Shown: positions 32,828 through 42,125, counted from the first letter of the stretch. The stretch: 49,570 nt of DNA from Acidimicrobiia bacterium (GCA_050743365.1 JBOGFI010000037.1:1-49570), one strand, 5' to 3'. Numbers and translations: made by a program. The notes: a model not told the origin generated them from the sequence alone.

Positions 32828-35152
32828 TCAGAGAAGCCCCTCGTGACGAAGCCGGCGCAGCGTGACGTAGCCGAGAGGGATCGGCAGCCAGTAGGTCAAG
32901 AGCCGGAACGTCAGGACACCGGCGACAGCGAGGCTGGCGTCGGTGCCCGCCGCGGTGAGGCCGGCCATCAACGCCGCTTCCACCGCGCCGAGCCCGCCCG
33001 GCGTCGGTGCGGCGCCGCCGACGGTGCTGCCGCCGAGGTACACGACGATGGCCGTGCTCGCGCCGACGTGCGCGTGCACCGCCGCGAGCGCGGCGGCGAA
33101 GCAGATGATGTTCAGCAGGATCACCGCCAGCGCGCCGCCCAGCAGCGCGAACGCCTTGGCCGGGTCGCGCAGGACCACGCCGAGCTCAGTGAACGCGCTG
33201 CGGATCGGCTGGAGCAGCCGTCGGCCGATGGCGGTGAAGAAGATGACACCGGCGACGGCGCCGACGACCACCACCGCCACGAGGATCTCCCAGTCCGCCG
33301 GCCGGGGCACGCCGAACCCGCTGGAGCCGATGAGGGGGATGGCGGCGGCGATGGCGACGAGGCGGGCGATGCCCCCTGCCACCGAGTTGAGGGCGGTCCC
33401 GGTCACCGCCTCCTCCGAACTGAGGCCCGAACGCTGGAGGAAGCGGATGCGCACCGCGAGGGTGCCGATCGACGCGGGCGTCAGCCGGCTCGTGAACGCC
33501 GCCGCCAGCTGCATCGCCGTCGCGCGCGTGAGCGCGATCTGCTGGCGCACGGCGCCCGTCTGCGACCAGCCCCCGGCGACGTAGGTGAGCAGCGACGCGA
33601 CCAGCGCGAGGGCGAGCCATCCAGGGTTGGACTCGCGGATCGCCTCGAACGCGCGCCCCAGCTCGCCGACCTGGGGCGCGAGGAGGTGGACGCCCAGCCC
33701 GAGCACCGCGACCACGAGGATGGTCTCGGGCCGGATGCGGGTCAGCGGCTCGAGCTTGGGCTCCTCGACCCCGGCGCCGTGCGCCGCCTGGGCCCGGACC
33801 TCGTCGAGCAGGCCCTTGTGGCCGCGCAGCGCGCGGCGGGTGGTGGACGACAGCACCGCCGGCTGGAGGAGCGGCAGCGCCGGAACGAGTGCCGCGGCGC
33901 CGATCCCGCGGGCCGCGCTGGCCACCGCGCGTTCGGCGCCCACGCGAATCGCGAGCGACACGAGCAGCTCGGCGACGTCCTCGGCGACGCGCCGGTCGGT
34001 GGCGGCCGACCGCCCGTCGGCCCAGTCGACCAGCGAGACCCGACCGCCGGCGACGTAGACGTTCTCTGCCCGGAGGGCGCCGTGGGCGAGATGCACGGCG
34101 TGGAGGGTGGCGACATTGCGCCACAGGTCGTCGAGGACGCCGTTGCCGAGCTTCGTCGGATCCAGTGAGGAGAGCGGGGTTCCCGGCGCGAGCTCCTCCA
34201 TCAGCACCGCCGCGCCGGTGAACCCGGCGGTGACCCAGACCGTCGGCGTGCAAACGCCCGCTCGTTGCGCGAGGAGGGCCAGATACGCCTCGTGCTCGAC
34301 TGCCTGGAGAGACGTGAAGAACGGCTGGTCGTGTTGGTCCCGCAGCGCTACCGCCCGCCAGGCCTTGTCGAGCAAGTCGGTGTCGCGCTCGTCGCGTCCG
34401 ATCGCCCGGCAGAACACGGCGGTGCCGTCGGCGGCGTGGCCCGTGAACACGGCCGAGCCGCGGCGGCCGAGTCCGGCGGGCGTGAGGTCGCTGATCGGAC
34501 GGCCGGTGCGGGCGAGCGCGTCGCGAACGGCCGCCAGCATCGGGCGTCCGCCGGGAGCGCCGAACGCGAGATGCACGAGCGCGCCCGCCACCCAGCCCAC
34601 GGCGAAGCCGCCGACCGCGTCGACCGGCAGATGCGCGCCTACGTAGATGCGCGCCAGCGCGACCAGCGCGACCACCGCCCACAGCAGCCGCCGGGGCCGG
34701 CGAGTGAGGAAGGGCGATGCCGCGGTCGCGAGCCCGGCGGCCACCGCGACGTAGGGCGACGGGAAGCCGAGGCCGCTGGCCTCGATGCCCCGCAGCTCGA
34801 CCCCCTTCAGGAGCCCCGCGGGAGCGTCGCGCTCGACGAGCCGCTCGACGAGCTCGGCCGCCCCCCACGAGAGCGCCGCCGCCACCACGAGGTCGCGGGC
34901 CAGCCGCAGCCGCCGGAACACGAGCGCGAGAAGCGGCGCGGCGGCTGCCGCCACCAGGGTCGCGGCCAGCACCACGCGGAACGGGTCCTCCATGAACCCG
35001 GGCAGCGTGTTGATCGCCTGGAACACGTTGGCCTCGGTCAGGCCGACGCGTCCGTCCCGCACCGACAACGCCGCCAGCACCAGGAGCACCACGCCGAGGA
35101 CGACGCGGATGACGTCGCCCGGGTGCCGCTCCGGCCGGTCCGGCGCGGCCAC
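32828..35152 (-). CDS. Three-domain membrane protein: PAP2-like phosphatase, protein-kinase-like (probably inactive) domain, LPG_synthase_TM/UPF0104 flippase-like domain
   Basis: PAP2: GFPSPY...RIYVGAHLPVDAVGG. Kinase-like: VFCRAIGRDERD...LHAVHLAHGALRAENVYV...LVDWADG. C-terminus is polytopic with GGAAPTPGGLGAVEAAL. Start set at the GTG at 35152; an alternative TTG at 35161 overlaps the upstream stop. Confidence 0.85.
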   Translation of the reverse strand: MAAPDRPERHPGDVIRVVLGVVLLVLAALSVRDGRVGLTEANVFQAINTLPGFMEDPFRVVLAATLVAAAAAPLLALVFRRLRLARDLVVAAALSWGAAELVERLVERDAPAGLLKGVELRGIEASGLGFPSPYVAVAAGLATAASPFLTRRPRRLLWAVVALVALARIYVGAHLPVDAVGGFAVGWVAGALVHLAFGAPGGRPMLAAVRDALARTGRPISDLTPAGLGRRGSAVFTGHAADGTAVFCRAIGRDERDTDLLDKAWRAVALRDQHDQPFFTSLQAVEHEAYLALLAQRAGVCTPTVWVTAGFTGAAVLMEELAPGTPLSSLDPTKLGNGVLDDLWRNVATLHAVHLAHGALRAENVYVAGGRVSLVDWADGRSAATDRRVAEDVAELLVSLAIRVGAERAVASAARGIGAAALVPALPLLQPAVLSSTTRRALRGHKGLLDEVRAQAAHGAGVEEPKLEPLTRIRPETILVVAVLGLGVHLLAPQVGELGRAFEAIRESNPGWLALALVASLLTYVAGGWSQTGAVRQQIALTRATAMQLAAAFTSRLTPASIGTLAVRIRFLQRSGLSSEEAVTGTALNSVAGGIARLVAIAAAIPLIGSSGFGVPRPADWEILVAVVVVGAVAGVIFFTAIGRRLLQPIRSAFTELGVVLRDPAKAFALLGGALAVILLNIICFAAALAAVHAHVGASTAIVVYLGGSTVGGAAPTPGGLGAVEAALMAGLTAAGTDASLAVAGVLTFRLLTYWLPIPLGYVTLRRLRHEGLL

Positions 35153-35157
35153 TTCCG

Positions 35158-36795
35158 TCAAGCGTGCTGTCCCTCGAGCGCCTGTTCGGCCAGGCGCCGC
35201 GCGATCACCCGCAGGCACAGCGTCTCGTCGGCGCCCTCGAAGATCGACAGCACGCGGGCGTCGACGAAGTAGCGCGACACCGGGAACTCCTCGGCGTAGC
35301 CCATTCCGCCGTGGAGCTGCATGGCCTCGCGCGTGACCCACTCGGCGGCACGGCACACGTAGGCCTTGACCATCGACGCCTGCAACGCGCCCTCGCCGTT
35401 GGCCATGCGCCGGGCGACGTCGTACGAGAACTGGCGGCCCGCCTGGATGAGTGCGGCCATCCGGGCGAGCTTGGCCCGGCTCAGCTGGTAGTCGAACACC
35501 GCCTTGCCGAACACGCGCCGCTCCTGTGCGTACCCGAGCCCGGCCTCGAACGCGGCCTGCATGAGCCCGACGGCACGTGCCGCAGTCTGGAGCCGGCCGT
35601 TCTCGAAGCCCTCCATCTGGAGGTAGAAGCCCTTGCCCAGACCGCCCTCCTCGCCGACGAGGTTCTCGGCCGGCACCAGCCAGTCGTCGAACGCGACCTC
35701 GTAGGAGTGCATGCCGCGGTAGCCGAGCGTGTCGATGGCGCGGCCCTCGACCTTGCCGCCGCCGTCCTGGGTGAACGAGAACGAGTGCCCCGGCGCCGGC
35801 TCCTTCTCCACCACGAACAACGACAGCCCCCGGTGGCCGGCGGCGCGGTCGAGGTCGGTGCGCGCCAGCAGCATGAGCACGTCAGCGCGCCCCGCGAAGG
35901 TGGCCCACGTCTTGACGCCGTTGATGCGGTAGCCGCCGCCATCGGCCGGCGTCGCGGTCACCTTGAGGTTGGCGACGTCGGAGCCGAAGTCGGGCTCGGT
36001 GACCATCACGCCCACCATCAGGTCACCGCTGGCCAGGCCGGGCAGCCACCGCTGCTTCTGCTCCTCGGTGCCGCCCCTCACGATCGCCCGCGTGAGGATT
36101 TCGGGTCGGGTGATGAGCGAGCCGCCCACGCCCAGCGAGCCCCACGACAGCTCCTCGGTCGCCACGACCATGCCGAGGTAGTCGTGCTCGCCGCCGGCGG
36201 CGAACCCCCCGTACTCCTCGGGCACCGACAGACCGAAGCCGCCGATCTCGGCGAGGCCGGCGATCACGTCCTCGGGGATGTCTGCGTTGGCGCGGTGCAC
36301 GTGCTCGGCGACCGGCCGCACCTTCTCCTCGGCGAAGCGGTGGAACGTCTCGCGCACGAGGTCGAAGTCGTCGGAGAGGTGCGCCGGCCCGGTGCCGTGC
36401 TTCTCCACCTGCTGGGCGAGCGAGTCGAGGAACTGGGGCGCGCGGTGCGCGGCGACGAAGGGCAGGGTGGGGGCGAGCACGCCGGGCTCGACACCCCACG
36501 CCTCGTCCCGGGCGATGAGGCGAGCGCCGATATCGGCGACGGTGTCGGCGACGAACGCGCGAGCGAGCATCGACTCCAGCTCGCCGTGCCCGGCGTACCC
36601 GAGCATCACCCGGCACCCCTCGACCGCGCTGGCCGCGTGGGCGAGGTCGTAGGCGACCACCTGGTGGGAGTCGAGCTTCCCGACCGCTACCCGCCCGTCG
36701 TCGGCGGAGGCGTCGGCCAGATAGGCAGCGGCGGCCGCCACGATCTCGCCGGCGGCGTCGACCGCGGCCGCGGCCGCGTCGAGATGGTCCGTCAT
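35158..36795 (-). CDS. Acyl-CoA dehydrogenase (long form with N-terminal extension)
   Basis: FGLSVPEEYGG...MVTEPDFGSDVANL...INGVKTWATFAG...YAQERRVFGK...MQLHGGMGYAEEFPVSRYFVDARVLSIFEG. Confidence 0.9.
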   Translation of the reverse strand: MTDHLDAAAAAVDAAGEIVAAAAAYLADASADDGRVAVGKLDSHQVVAYDLAHAASAVEGCRVMLGYAGHGELESMLARAFVADTVADIGARLIARDEAWGVEPGVLAPTLPFVAAHRAPQFLDSLAQQVEKHGTGPAHLSDDFDLVRETFHRFAEEKVRPVAEHVHRANADIPEDVIAGLAEIGGFGLSVPEEYGGFAAGGEHDYLGMVVATEELSWGSLGVGGSLITRPEILTRAIVRGGTEEQKQRWLPGLASGDLMVGVMVTEPDFGSDVANLKVTATPADGGGYRINGVKTWATFAGRADVLMLLARTDLDRAAGHRGLSLFVVEKEPAPGHSFSFTQDGGGKVEGRAIDTLGYRGMHSYEVAFDDWLVPAENLVGEEGGLGKGFYLQMEGFENGRLQTAARAVGLMQAAFEAGLGYAQERRVFGKAVFDYQLSRAKLARMAALIQAGRQFSYDVARRMANGEGALQASMVKAYVCRAAEWVTREAMQLHGGMGYAEEFPVSRYFVDARVLSIFEGADETLCLRVIARRLAEQALEGQHA

Positions 36796-36843
36796 GCGGG
36801 ATGCAGCCTACCGAGGGCCTCCCGGATCGTCGGCCAGCCGCCG

Positions 36844-36891
36844 GCCGACCTTCGGCCTAACCGTCGGGGTAACCGTCGGCCTAACCGTCGG
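36844..36891. repeat. 12-nt tandem repeat (three good units plus one degenerate) spanning a stop codon
   Basis: Plus strand reads gccgaccttcgg / cctaaccgtcgg / ggtaaccgtcgg / cctaaccgtcgg. On the minus strand the units read CCC GAC GGT TAG | GCC GAC GGT TAC | CCC GAC GGT TAG. The first TAG is the SGNH gene stop. Confidence 0.8.
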
Positions 36892-37996
36892 GGAGCAAGG
36901 TCGTGGTCGTGGGCGACGCGCTGGTGGGAGGCGCGCTCGTGGACGGCGCGGTGGTGGGTGGAGCCGGAGGCGCGGTCGACGCCGGCGCCGCGGCGGCGGT
37001 GGTGGTCACGGTCGTCCTCGACTCGCGTGACGTCCCGGGGACGCGCGAGCTGCCCTCGGTCTCGATGGTCTGCTTGGCGGCCCCGGGCACCGCCTGGGTG
37101 GTGATCGCGCACCTCGGGTCGAGGCTGGCGAACACCGCGCCGGCGAGGCGGTCGCCACCCTCGGGCGTGAAGTGCACCCCGTCGTCGGCGCGCACCCGTA
37201 CCGTCTCGCCCGCGCCGTCGGGCAACGACGAGGCGTACTCGCCGTCAGGCCCCGTGAACAGCGTGTAGGCGTCGACGTAGGTGACCTCCGGATGGCGACC
37301 CGCCACCGTTTGGAACACCTCGTTGAGCTGGCGGACCTTCTCCGACCGGCGGTCCTCCAGCACCGGCGCCCCCACCCAATACACGGCGCGCCCGTCCCCG
37401 ATGAGCAGCGTCATCATCCTCTCGACGAGCTGCTCGTACCGAGGTCGCCACTCCGAGGCGTCGTCCTGCACCACGGGAGTGTCGTTGGCGCCGATGATGA
37501 AGACGGCGACCTCGGGGTCGAGCTTGAACATCTCTTCGCCGCCGCGCTCGGGCCAGTCGAAGAAGTCGGGGGACATCAGCCCGCTCGACACCTTGGAGTA
37601 GAAGACCGGCTGGACCACGCCGGTCTTGGCGGTGAGGTCGCCCAGTGAGGGGCCGACCGATCCCGCCAGCGAGTCCCCGCCGATCCAGAGTCGCAGCGGG
37701 TCGTCCGGGTCGAGCGGGCTCCGGCACGAGCCCGACGGCGTCGCGTCCCCCGTCACGGCCGGGGCGGTGGTTGCCGATGCCGCGGCGCGCTCTCCCAGCA
37801 GCTCGGGGTCGTCACCGCCGACGTCGACCACGCCGGTGAGCGCGAGCGCGGTGCCGGTGACGGCGAACCCGCCTGCGACCGCCCCGGCGACGAAGAGGCC
37901 GCGCACCAGGCGCCGGCGCCGCTGCTGACGGCGGTCACGGCGGGAGGCGGGGGCGGTGTCGTCAGGCGGCATCGAGGCGCGATCGCTCGGCGCCAT
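36881..37996 (-). CDS. SGNH/GDSL hydrolase family (DUF459-like) secreted or membrane-anchored protein with a T/P/A-rich C-terminal tail
   Basis: One N-terminal TM, then LRLWIGGDSLAGSVGP (GDS block), AVFIIGANDT and GVHFTPEGG. The tail is TTVTTTAAAAPASTAPPAPPTTAPSTSAPPTSASPTTTT. Confidence 0.85.
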   Translation of the reverse strand: MAPSDRASMPPDDTAPASRRDRRQQRRRRLVRGLFVAGAVAGGFAVTGTALALTGVVDVGGDDPELLGERAAASATTAPAVTGDATPSGSCRSPLDPDDPLRLWIGGDSLAGSVGPSLGDLTAKTGVVQPVFYSKVSSGLMSPDFFDWPERGGEEMFKLDPEVAVFIIGANDTPVVQDDASEWRPRYEQLVERMMTLLIGDGRAVYWVGAPVLEDRRSEKVRQLNEVFQTVAGRHPEVTYVDAYTLFTGPDGEYASSLPDGAGETVRVRADDGVHFTPEGGDRLAGAVFASLDPRCAITTQAVPGAAKQTIETEGSSRVPGTSRESRTTVTTTAAAAPASTAPPAPPTTAPSTSAPPTSASPTTTTLLPDG

Positions 37997-38081
37997 GCCG
38001 AGGGAATCGGATAATGGTAGTGGCGGGCGGCCTCAGCCGTGGGGACGCGTCGGCTCGGGTCGACTCGCAGCGGCGACTTCC

Positions 38082-39950
38082 TCAGGCGGGCTCGGCGGCC
38101 CGCTCGAGCTGGGTGCGGTAGAGGTCGGCGTAGAGCCCGCCGGCCCGCACGAGCTCCTCGTGTCGGCCCTCCTCGACGATGCGGCCCTCGTCCATCACCA
38201 GGATCCGGTCGGCGGCCACGATGGTCGACAGGCGGTGCGCGATGACGAGCGCGGTGCGGCCGCGCAGGGCGTCGGCCAGGGCGCGCTGGATGGCGAGCTC
38301 CGACTCGGAGTCGAGGTGCGAGGTCGCCTCGTCGAGCACGACCACCCGCGGGCTCTTGAGCAACATGCGGGCGATGGCGAGCCGTTGCTTCTCGCCGCCC
38401 GACATCCGGTAGCCCCGCTCGCCCACGATGGTGTCGTAGCCCTCGGGCAGCGACTCGATGAGCTCGTGGATGCGCGCGGCGCGGGACGCCTCGACGAGCT
38501 CGGCGTCGGTGGCGTCTGGCCGCGCGTACCGCAGGTTCTCTCGGATCGACTCGTGGAAGAGGTGCGGGTCCTGCATCACCACGCCCACCGCCCCGCGCAG
38601 CGACTCGAGCGTGAGCTCACGCACGTCGACGCCGTCGAAGGTGACGCGCCCCTGGCTCACGTCGTGGATGCGCGGCACCAGCATCGCGGTGGTGGTCTTG
38701 CCCGCGCCCGACGGGCCGACCAGCGCCACCAACTCGCCCGGCTCCACCGTGAAGCTGACGTCGCGCAGGATCCAGGCGCTGGGGTCGTCGCCGGGCACGA
38801 CGACGCCTTCCTCGAGCGAGGCCAGCGACGCCAGCGCCGCCGGCGGATGGCGGAACCACACGTGCTCGAAGGCGATGCGGCCGTCGGGCGCGACGAGGTC
38901 CACCGCGCCGGGATGGTCGGTGACCCTGGAGGGGAAGTCGAGCACCTCGAACACCCGCTCGAACGCCACCAGAGCCGTCATCACGTCGACCCGGGCGTTC
39001 GTGAGCTGGGTGAGCGGCTGGTAGATCTGCCCGACGTACACGACGAAGGCGGCGATGGTCCCTATCTGGATGGCGCCCGAGATCACGAGGTTGCCGCCGA
39101 CGTAGTACACGACGGCGGTACCCACGGCGGCCACGAGCCCGAGGGCCACGAAGAGCACACGGGCGTACATGGCGCTGGTCACGCCGATGTCGCGCACACG
39201 GCTCGCGCGGCCCGAGAACCCCTCGCGCTCCTGGTCGTGGCGGCCGAAGAGCTTCACCACCAGCGCCCCGGCAACGTTGAAGCGCTCGGCGATGGTGTTG
39301 TTCATCGACGCGTTGAGCTGCATGCCCTCCCGGGTGACGGCCTGGAGCCGGCGGCCGATGCGTCGCGCCGGGATGACGAACGCCGGCAACACCAGCAGCG
39401 TGAGGATGGTGAGACGCCACTCGAGCACGAGCATGAACGTGAGCGTGACGGTGAGGGTGATGACGTTCGAGACGACGGTTCCGAGCGTGTTCGTGACCGC
39501 TTGCTGGGCGCCGATCACGTCGTTGTTGAGCCGCGACATCAACGCGCCGGTCTGCGTGCGGGTGAAGAACGAGATCGGTAGCCGCTGCACGTGGTCGAAC
39601 AGCGCCACCCGCATGTCGTAGATCAGCCCCTCACCGATGCGGGCGGAGTACCAGCGCTGGAACAGGGAGAGCGCGGCGCTGGCCAGCGCGAGGCCCACCG
39701 CGCCTACCGCGAGGACCGTCACCATGGCCCGGTCGCGGTCGGGGACGGCCGTGTCGAGGAGCGCCTTGAGCAGCAGCGGCGGGATCGCGGTGACGACCGC
39801 GGCGGCGACGACGCCGACCAGGAACCCGACCAGCAGCCCGCGATAGGGGTGGGCGAGCCGCAGCACGCGCCGCACCAGGGCGCGCTCGACGCGCTTGCCC
39901 CTCACGGCGTCGGGATCACGCCGGAAGCCCCAGATCGTCTGGTGCATCAT
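38082..39950 (-). CDS. ABC transporter, fused permease/ATP-binding exporter (MsbA-like)
   Basis: A six-TM N-domain, then the NBD with GPSGAGKTT (Walker A), LSGGEKQRLAIARML (signature) and VVVLDEATSHLD (Walker B). Confidence 0.9.
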   Translation of the reverse strand: MMHQTIWGFRRDPDAVRGKRVERALVRRVLRLAHPYRGLLVGFLVGVVAAAVVTAIPPLLLKALLDTAVPDRDRAMVTVLAVGAVGLALASAALSLFQRWYSARIGEGLIYDMRVALFDHVQRLPISFFTRTQTGALMSRLNNDVIGAQQAVTNTLGTVVSNVITLTVTLTFMLVLEWRLTILTLLVLPAFVIPARRIGRRLQAVTREGMQLNASMNNTIAERFNVAGALVVKLFGRHDQEREGFSGRASRVRDIGVTSAMYARVLFVALGLVAAVGTAVVYYVGGNLVISGAIQIGTIAAFVVYVGQIYQPLTQLTNARVDVMTALVAFERVFEVLDFPSRVTDHPGAVDLVAPDGRIAFEHVWFRHPPAALASLASLEEGVVVPGDDPSAWILRDVSFTVEPGELVALVGPSGAGKTTTAMLVPRIHDVSQGRVTFDGVDVRELTLESLRGAVGVVMQDPHLFHESIRENLRYARPDATDAELVEASRAARIHELIESLPEGYDTIVGERGYRMSGGEKQRLAIARMLLKSPRVVVLDEATSHLDSESELAIQRALADALRGRTALVIAHRLSTIVAADRILVMDEGRIVEEGRHEELVRAGGLYADLYRTQLERAAEPA

Positions 39951-40002
39951 CTGCCGGCTTCAACCTACTCGGGCGCGAAGGGATTCCACCTAGGCTCCGG
40001 CC

Positions 40003-41157
40003 GTGCCGACCGACCCCGCCGTGCGCGAGGAGCTCGTCTCGACCGTGCGCCGGTTCGTCGAGCGCGAGGTGCTGCCGGTCGCGCTCGACCTCGAGCACGC
40101 CGACGCGTACCCGGCCCAGATCGTGGCGGGCATGCGCGCCCTCGGCCTCTTCGGGGTCACCATCCCCGAGGAGTACGGCGGGCTCGGGCTCGACCTCCGC
40201 ACCTACGCGGGCGTGATCGAGGAGCTGGCCGCGGGGTGGATGTCGCTGTCGGGGATCCTCAACACCCACGTCATGGCGGCGAACCTGCTGAAGGCCTACG
40301 CCACCGAGGAGCAGCGCAAGCGTTGGCTCCCTGCCCTCGCCGCGGGCGAGATCCGGGGCTGCCTGTCACTCTCGGAGGCCGACGCCGGCAGCGACACCAG
40401 CGCCCTCACCTGCCGGGCGGTGCGCGATGGCGACGAGTACGTCATCACCGGCACCAAGATGTGGGTCACGAACGGGCAGCGGGCCGGCCTCGTCGCGCTG
40501 GCGGCGCGCACCGACGAGGGCATCACGTGCTTCATGGTCGACAAGGAGCCCGATGCGCAGCGCTCGGGCGGCATCACGGTGAGCCGCGAGATCGGCAAGC
40601 TCGGGTACAAGGGGATCGAGACCGTGGAGATGGTCTACGAAGGCCACCGGGTGGGCGCCGACTGCGTGCTCGGCGGTGGCGACGGCCTCGGCCGCGGGCA
40701 GCACTTCATTCTCTCCGCGCTCGAGGTCGGTCGCATCAACATCGCGGCACGCGCCGTCGGCGTCGCCCGGGCCGCCTTCGAGGCCGCAATCCGCTATGCG
40801 CAGGAACGGCAGACGTTCGGGAAGCCCATTGCGCAGCACCAGGCGATCCAGATGAAGCTGGCCGACATGGGCACGAAGCTCGAGGCGGCTCGGCTCCTGA
40901 CTGCTCATGCCGCCGAGCTCAAGGAGTCGGGTGCCCGCTGCGACGTCGAGGCCGGGATGGCGAAGCTGTTCGCCAGCGAGGCTGCGTTCGAGATCGCCAC
41001 CGACGCCATGCGCATCCACGGCGGCATGGGTTACACGACCGAGCTGCCGGTCGAGCGCTACTACCGCGACGCGCCACTCATGATCATCGGTGAAGGGACC
41101 AACGAGATCCAGCGGCTCGTGATCGCGCGCGGGCTGCTCGAGCGGTACCAGGCCTAA
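40003..41157 (+). CDS. Acyl-CoA dehydrogenase
   Basis: [14 protein letters not shown]...[13 protein letters not shown]...[11 protein letters not shown]...[19 protein letters not shown]...[35 protein letters not shown]. Confidence 0.9.
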   Translation: MPTDPAVREELVSTVRRFVEREVLPVALDLEHADAYPAQIVAGMRALGLFGVTIPEEYGGLGLDLRTYAGVIEELAAGWMSLSGILNTHVMAANLLKAYATEEQRKRWLPALAAGEIRGCLSLSEADAGSDTSALTCRAVRDGDEYVITGTKMWVTNGQRAGLVALAARTDEGITCFMVDKEPDAQRSGGITVSREIGKLGYKGIETVEMVYEGHRVGADCVLGGGDGLGRGQHFILSALEVGRINIAARAVGVARAAFEAAIRYAQERQTFGKPIAQHQAIQMKLADMGTKLEAARLLTAHAAELKESGARCDVEAGMAKLFASEAAFEIATDAMRIHGGMGYTTELPVERYYRDAPLMIIGEGTNEIQRLVIARGLLERYQA

Positions 41158-41159
41158 GC

Positions 41160-41594
41160 ATGGACGATCGCACCGGCGCCGACACGGTGCGGCGGTTCAA
41201 CGAGGAGCTGCCGTGGGGTCCGTTTCCGTCAATGATCGGGCTCGAGATGCTCGAGATCGAACGCGATGTCGTGCGCGGCCGGCTCGGCGTCACGGACCGC
41301 CTGCTGGCCGGGACCGGGTTCCTGTGGGCACCGGTGGTCGTCGGGCTCGCCGACGCGCTGTGCGCGGCGGGTACCGGCGCCAACCTGCCCGAGGGTGCGA
41401 GCTTCACCACGGTCGAGCTCAAGACAAACTTCCTCGGCTCGGCGCGGGGCGGCGAGGCGGTCGAGGGGGAGGCTCGGCCCGCGCACCTCGGCCGCACAAC
41501 CCAGGTGTGGGACGTGACGGTGACCAACACGACGTCGGGCCGGCTGATCGCGCTCCAGCGCTGCACCCAGATGATTCTCTACCCCAGGGCCTGA
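41160..41594 (+). CDS. PaaI-family (hotdog fold) thioesterase
   Basis: PFPSMIGLEMLEIERDVVRGRL...TTVELKTNFLGSARGGEAVEGEARPAHLGRTTQVWDVTV. Confidence 0.85.
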   Translation: MDDRTGADTVRRFNEELPWGPFPSMIGLEMLEIERDVVRGRLGVTDRLLAGTGFLWAPVVVGLADALCAAGTGANLPEGASFTTVELKTNFLGSARGGEAVEGEARPAHLGRTTQVWDVTVTNTTSGRLIALQRCTQMILYPRA

Positions 41595-41619
41595 CAGTCG
41601 AACACCTGTTCGATAGACG
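41591..41619 (+). promoter_or_regulatory. Promoter-like element of SOS module 2: CTGACA, 17 nt, TAGACG
   Basis: It has the same architecture as 32761..32789: a -35-like CTGACA that overlaps the thioesterase stop, a 17-nt spacer holding the LexA box, and a weaker -10-like TAGACG. Confidence 0.4.
41598..41613. promoter_or_regulatory. LexA (SOS) box, TCGAAC-ACCT-GTTCGA
   Basis: Both 6-nt arms match the mycobacterial/actinobacterial consensus TCGAAC-N4-GTTCGA exactly. It lies 4 nt after a stop codon in a convergent intergenic gap. Confidence 0.7.
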
Positions 41620-41639
41620 TGTGGCAACTTCCTATCGAG

Positions 41640-41679
41640 CGCTTCCCCGTCCTGGTCGGTCCTCCCGGAGGGGGAAGCG
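41640..41679 (+). other. Conserved hairpin of SOS module 2
   Basis: CGCUUCCCC-22 nt-GGGGAAGCG (9 bp), followed by UG. It shares CTTCC, CTTCCCC and GGGGGAAGCGTG with module 1. Confidence 0.5.
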
Positions 41680-41816
41680 TGTTCGCGCAGACGACCCGGG
41701 TCGACTCCGCCTGGGACGCTCACCCCCACACCACAAGCTCAAGACGCACTACGGCTGGAAGGTCGTCGGCACCACCACGACTGGGACCTCGCCCCACCCG
41801 ACGACCCCGATCCCCC

Positions 41817-42125
41817 CTAGACCGCGACCCCCTTCGCCCGCACCGGCTCGCCCAAGGTCAGCTCCGACTCGGCGATGAGCGGGCCGAACATCTTGGCCGC
41901 GGCGCCCATGGCCTCGCTGCCGCCGTGGGCGCCGAGCGCGGCGGTGTCGGCGTACAGCTCGTAGAACCAGAACACATCGGGATCGTCCTTCGAGCGGTTC
42001 ATCGCGTAGATCTCGGTTCCCGGCTCCTTCTCGACCGCCTGGAAGATCGAGTCGAAGGCGGCGACGAGCTCGTCGCCCTTCCCTTCCTTCGCCCGGAGCT
42101 TGGCGAGCATCGAGACCTTGGCCAT
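41817..42125 (-). CDS. Antibiotic biosynthesis monooxygenase (ABM) family protein
   Basis: About 100 aa of ferredoxin-like fold: MAKVSMLAKLRAKEGKGDELVAAFDSIFQAVEKEPGTEIYAMNRSKDDPDVFWFYELYAD. Confidence 0.85.
   Translation of the reverse strand: MAKVSMLAKLRAKEGKGDELVAAFDSIFQAVEKEPGTEIYAMNRSKDDPDVFWFYELYADTAALGAHGGSEAMGAAAKMFGPLIAESELTLGEPVRAKGVAV

Noticed and set aside
36844-36891. Possible CRISPR array or minisatellite
   Set aside because: The units are only 12 nt, directly tandem with no spacers. No cas genes are present, and nothing else in the window has repeat-spacer organisation.
41595-41816. A reverse-oriented degenerate copy of the TAGGAAGG...GCGACCAGGAAT repeat in this gap (cttcctat, tcctggtcgg)
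   Set aside because: Only two 7-9-nt matches with wrong spacing. The segment is better explained as part of SOS module 2.
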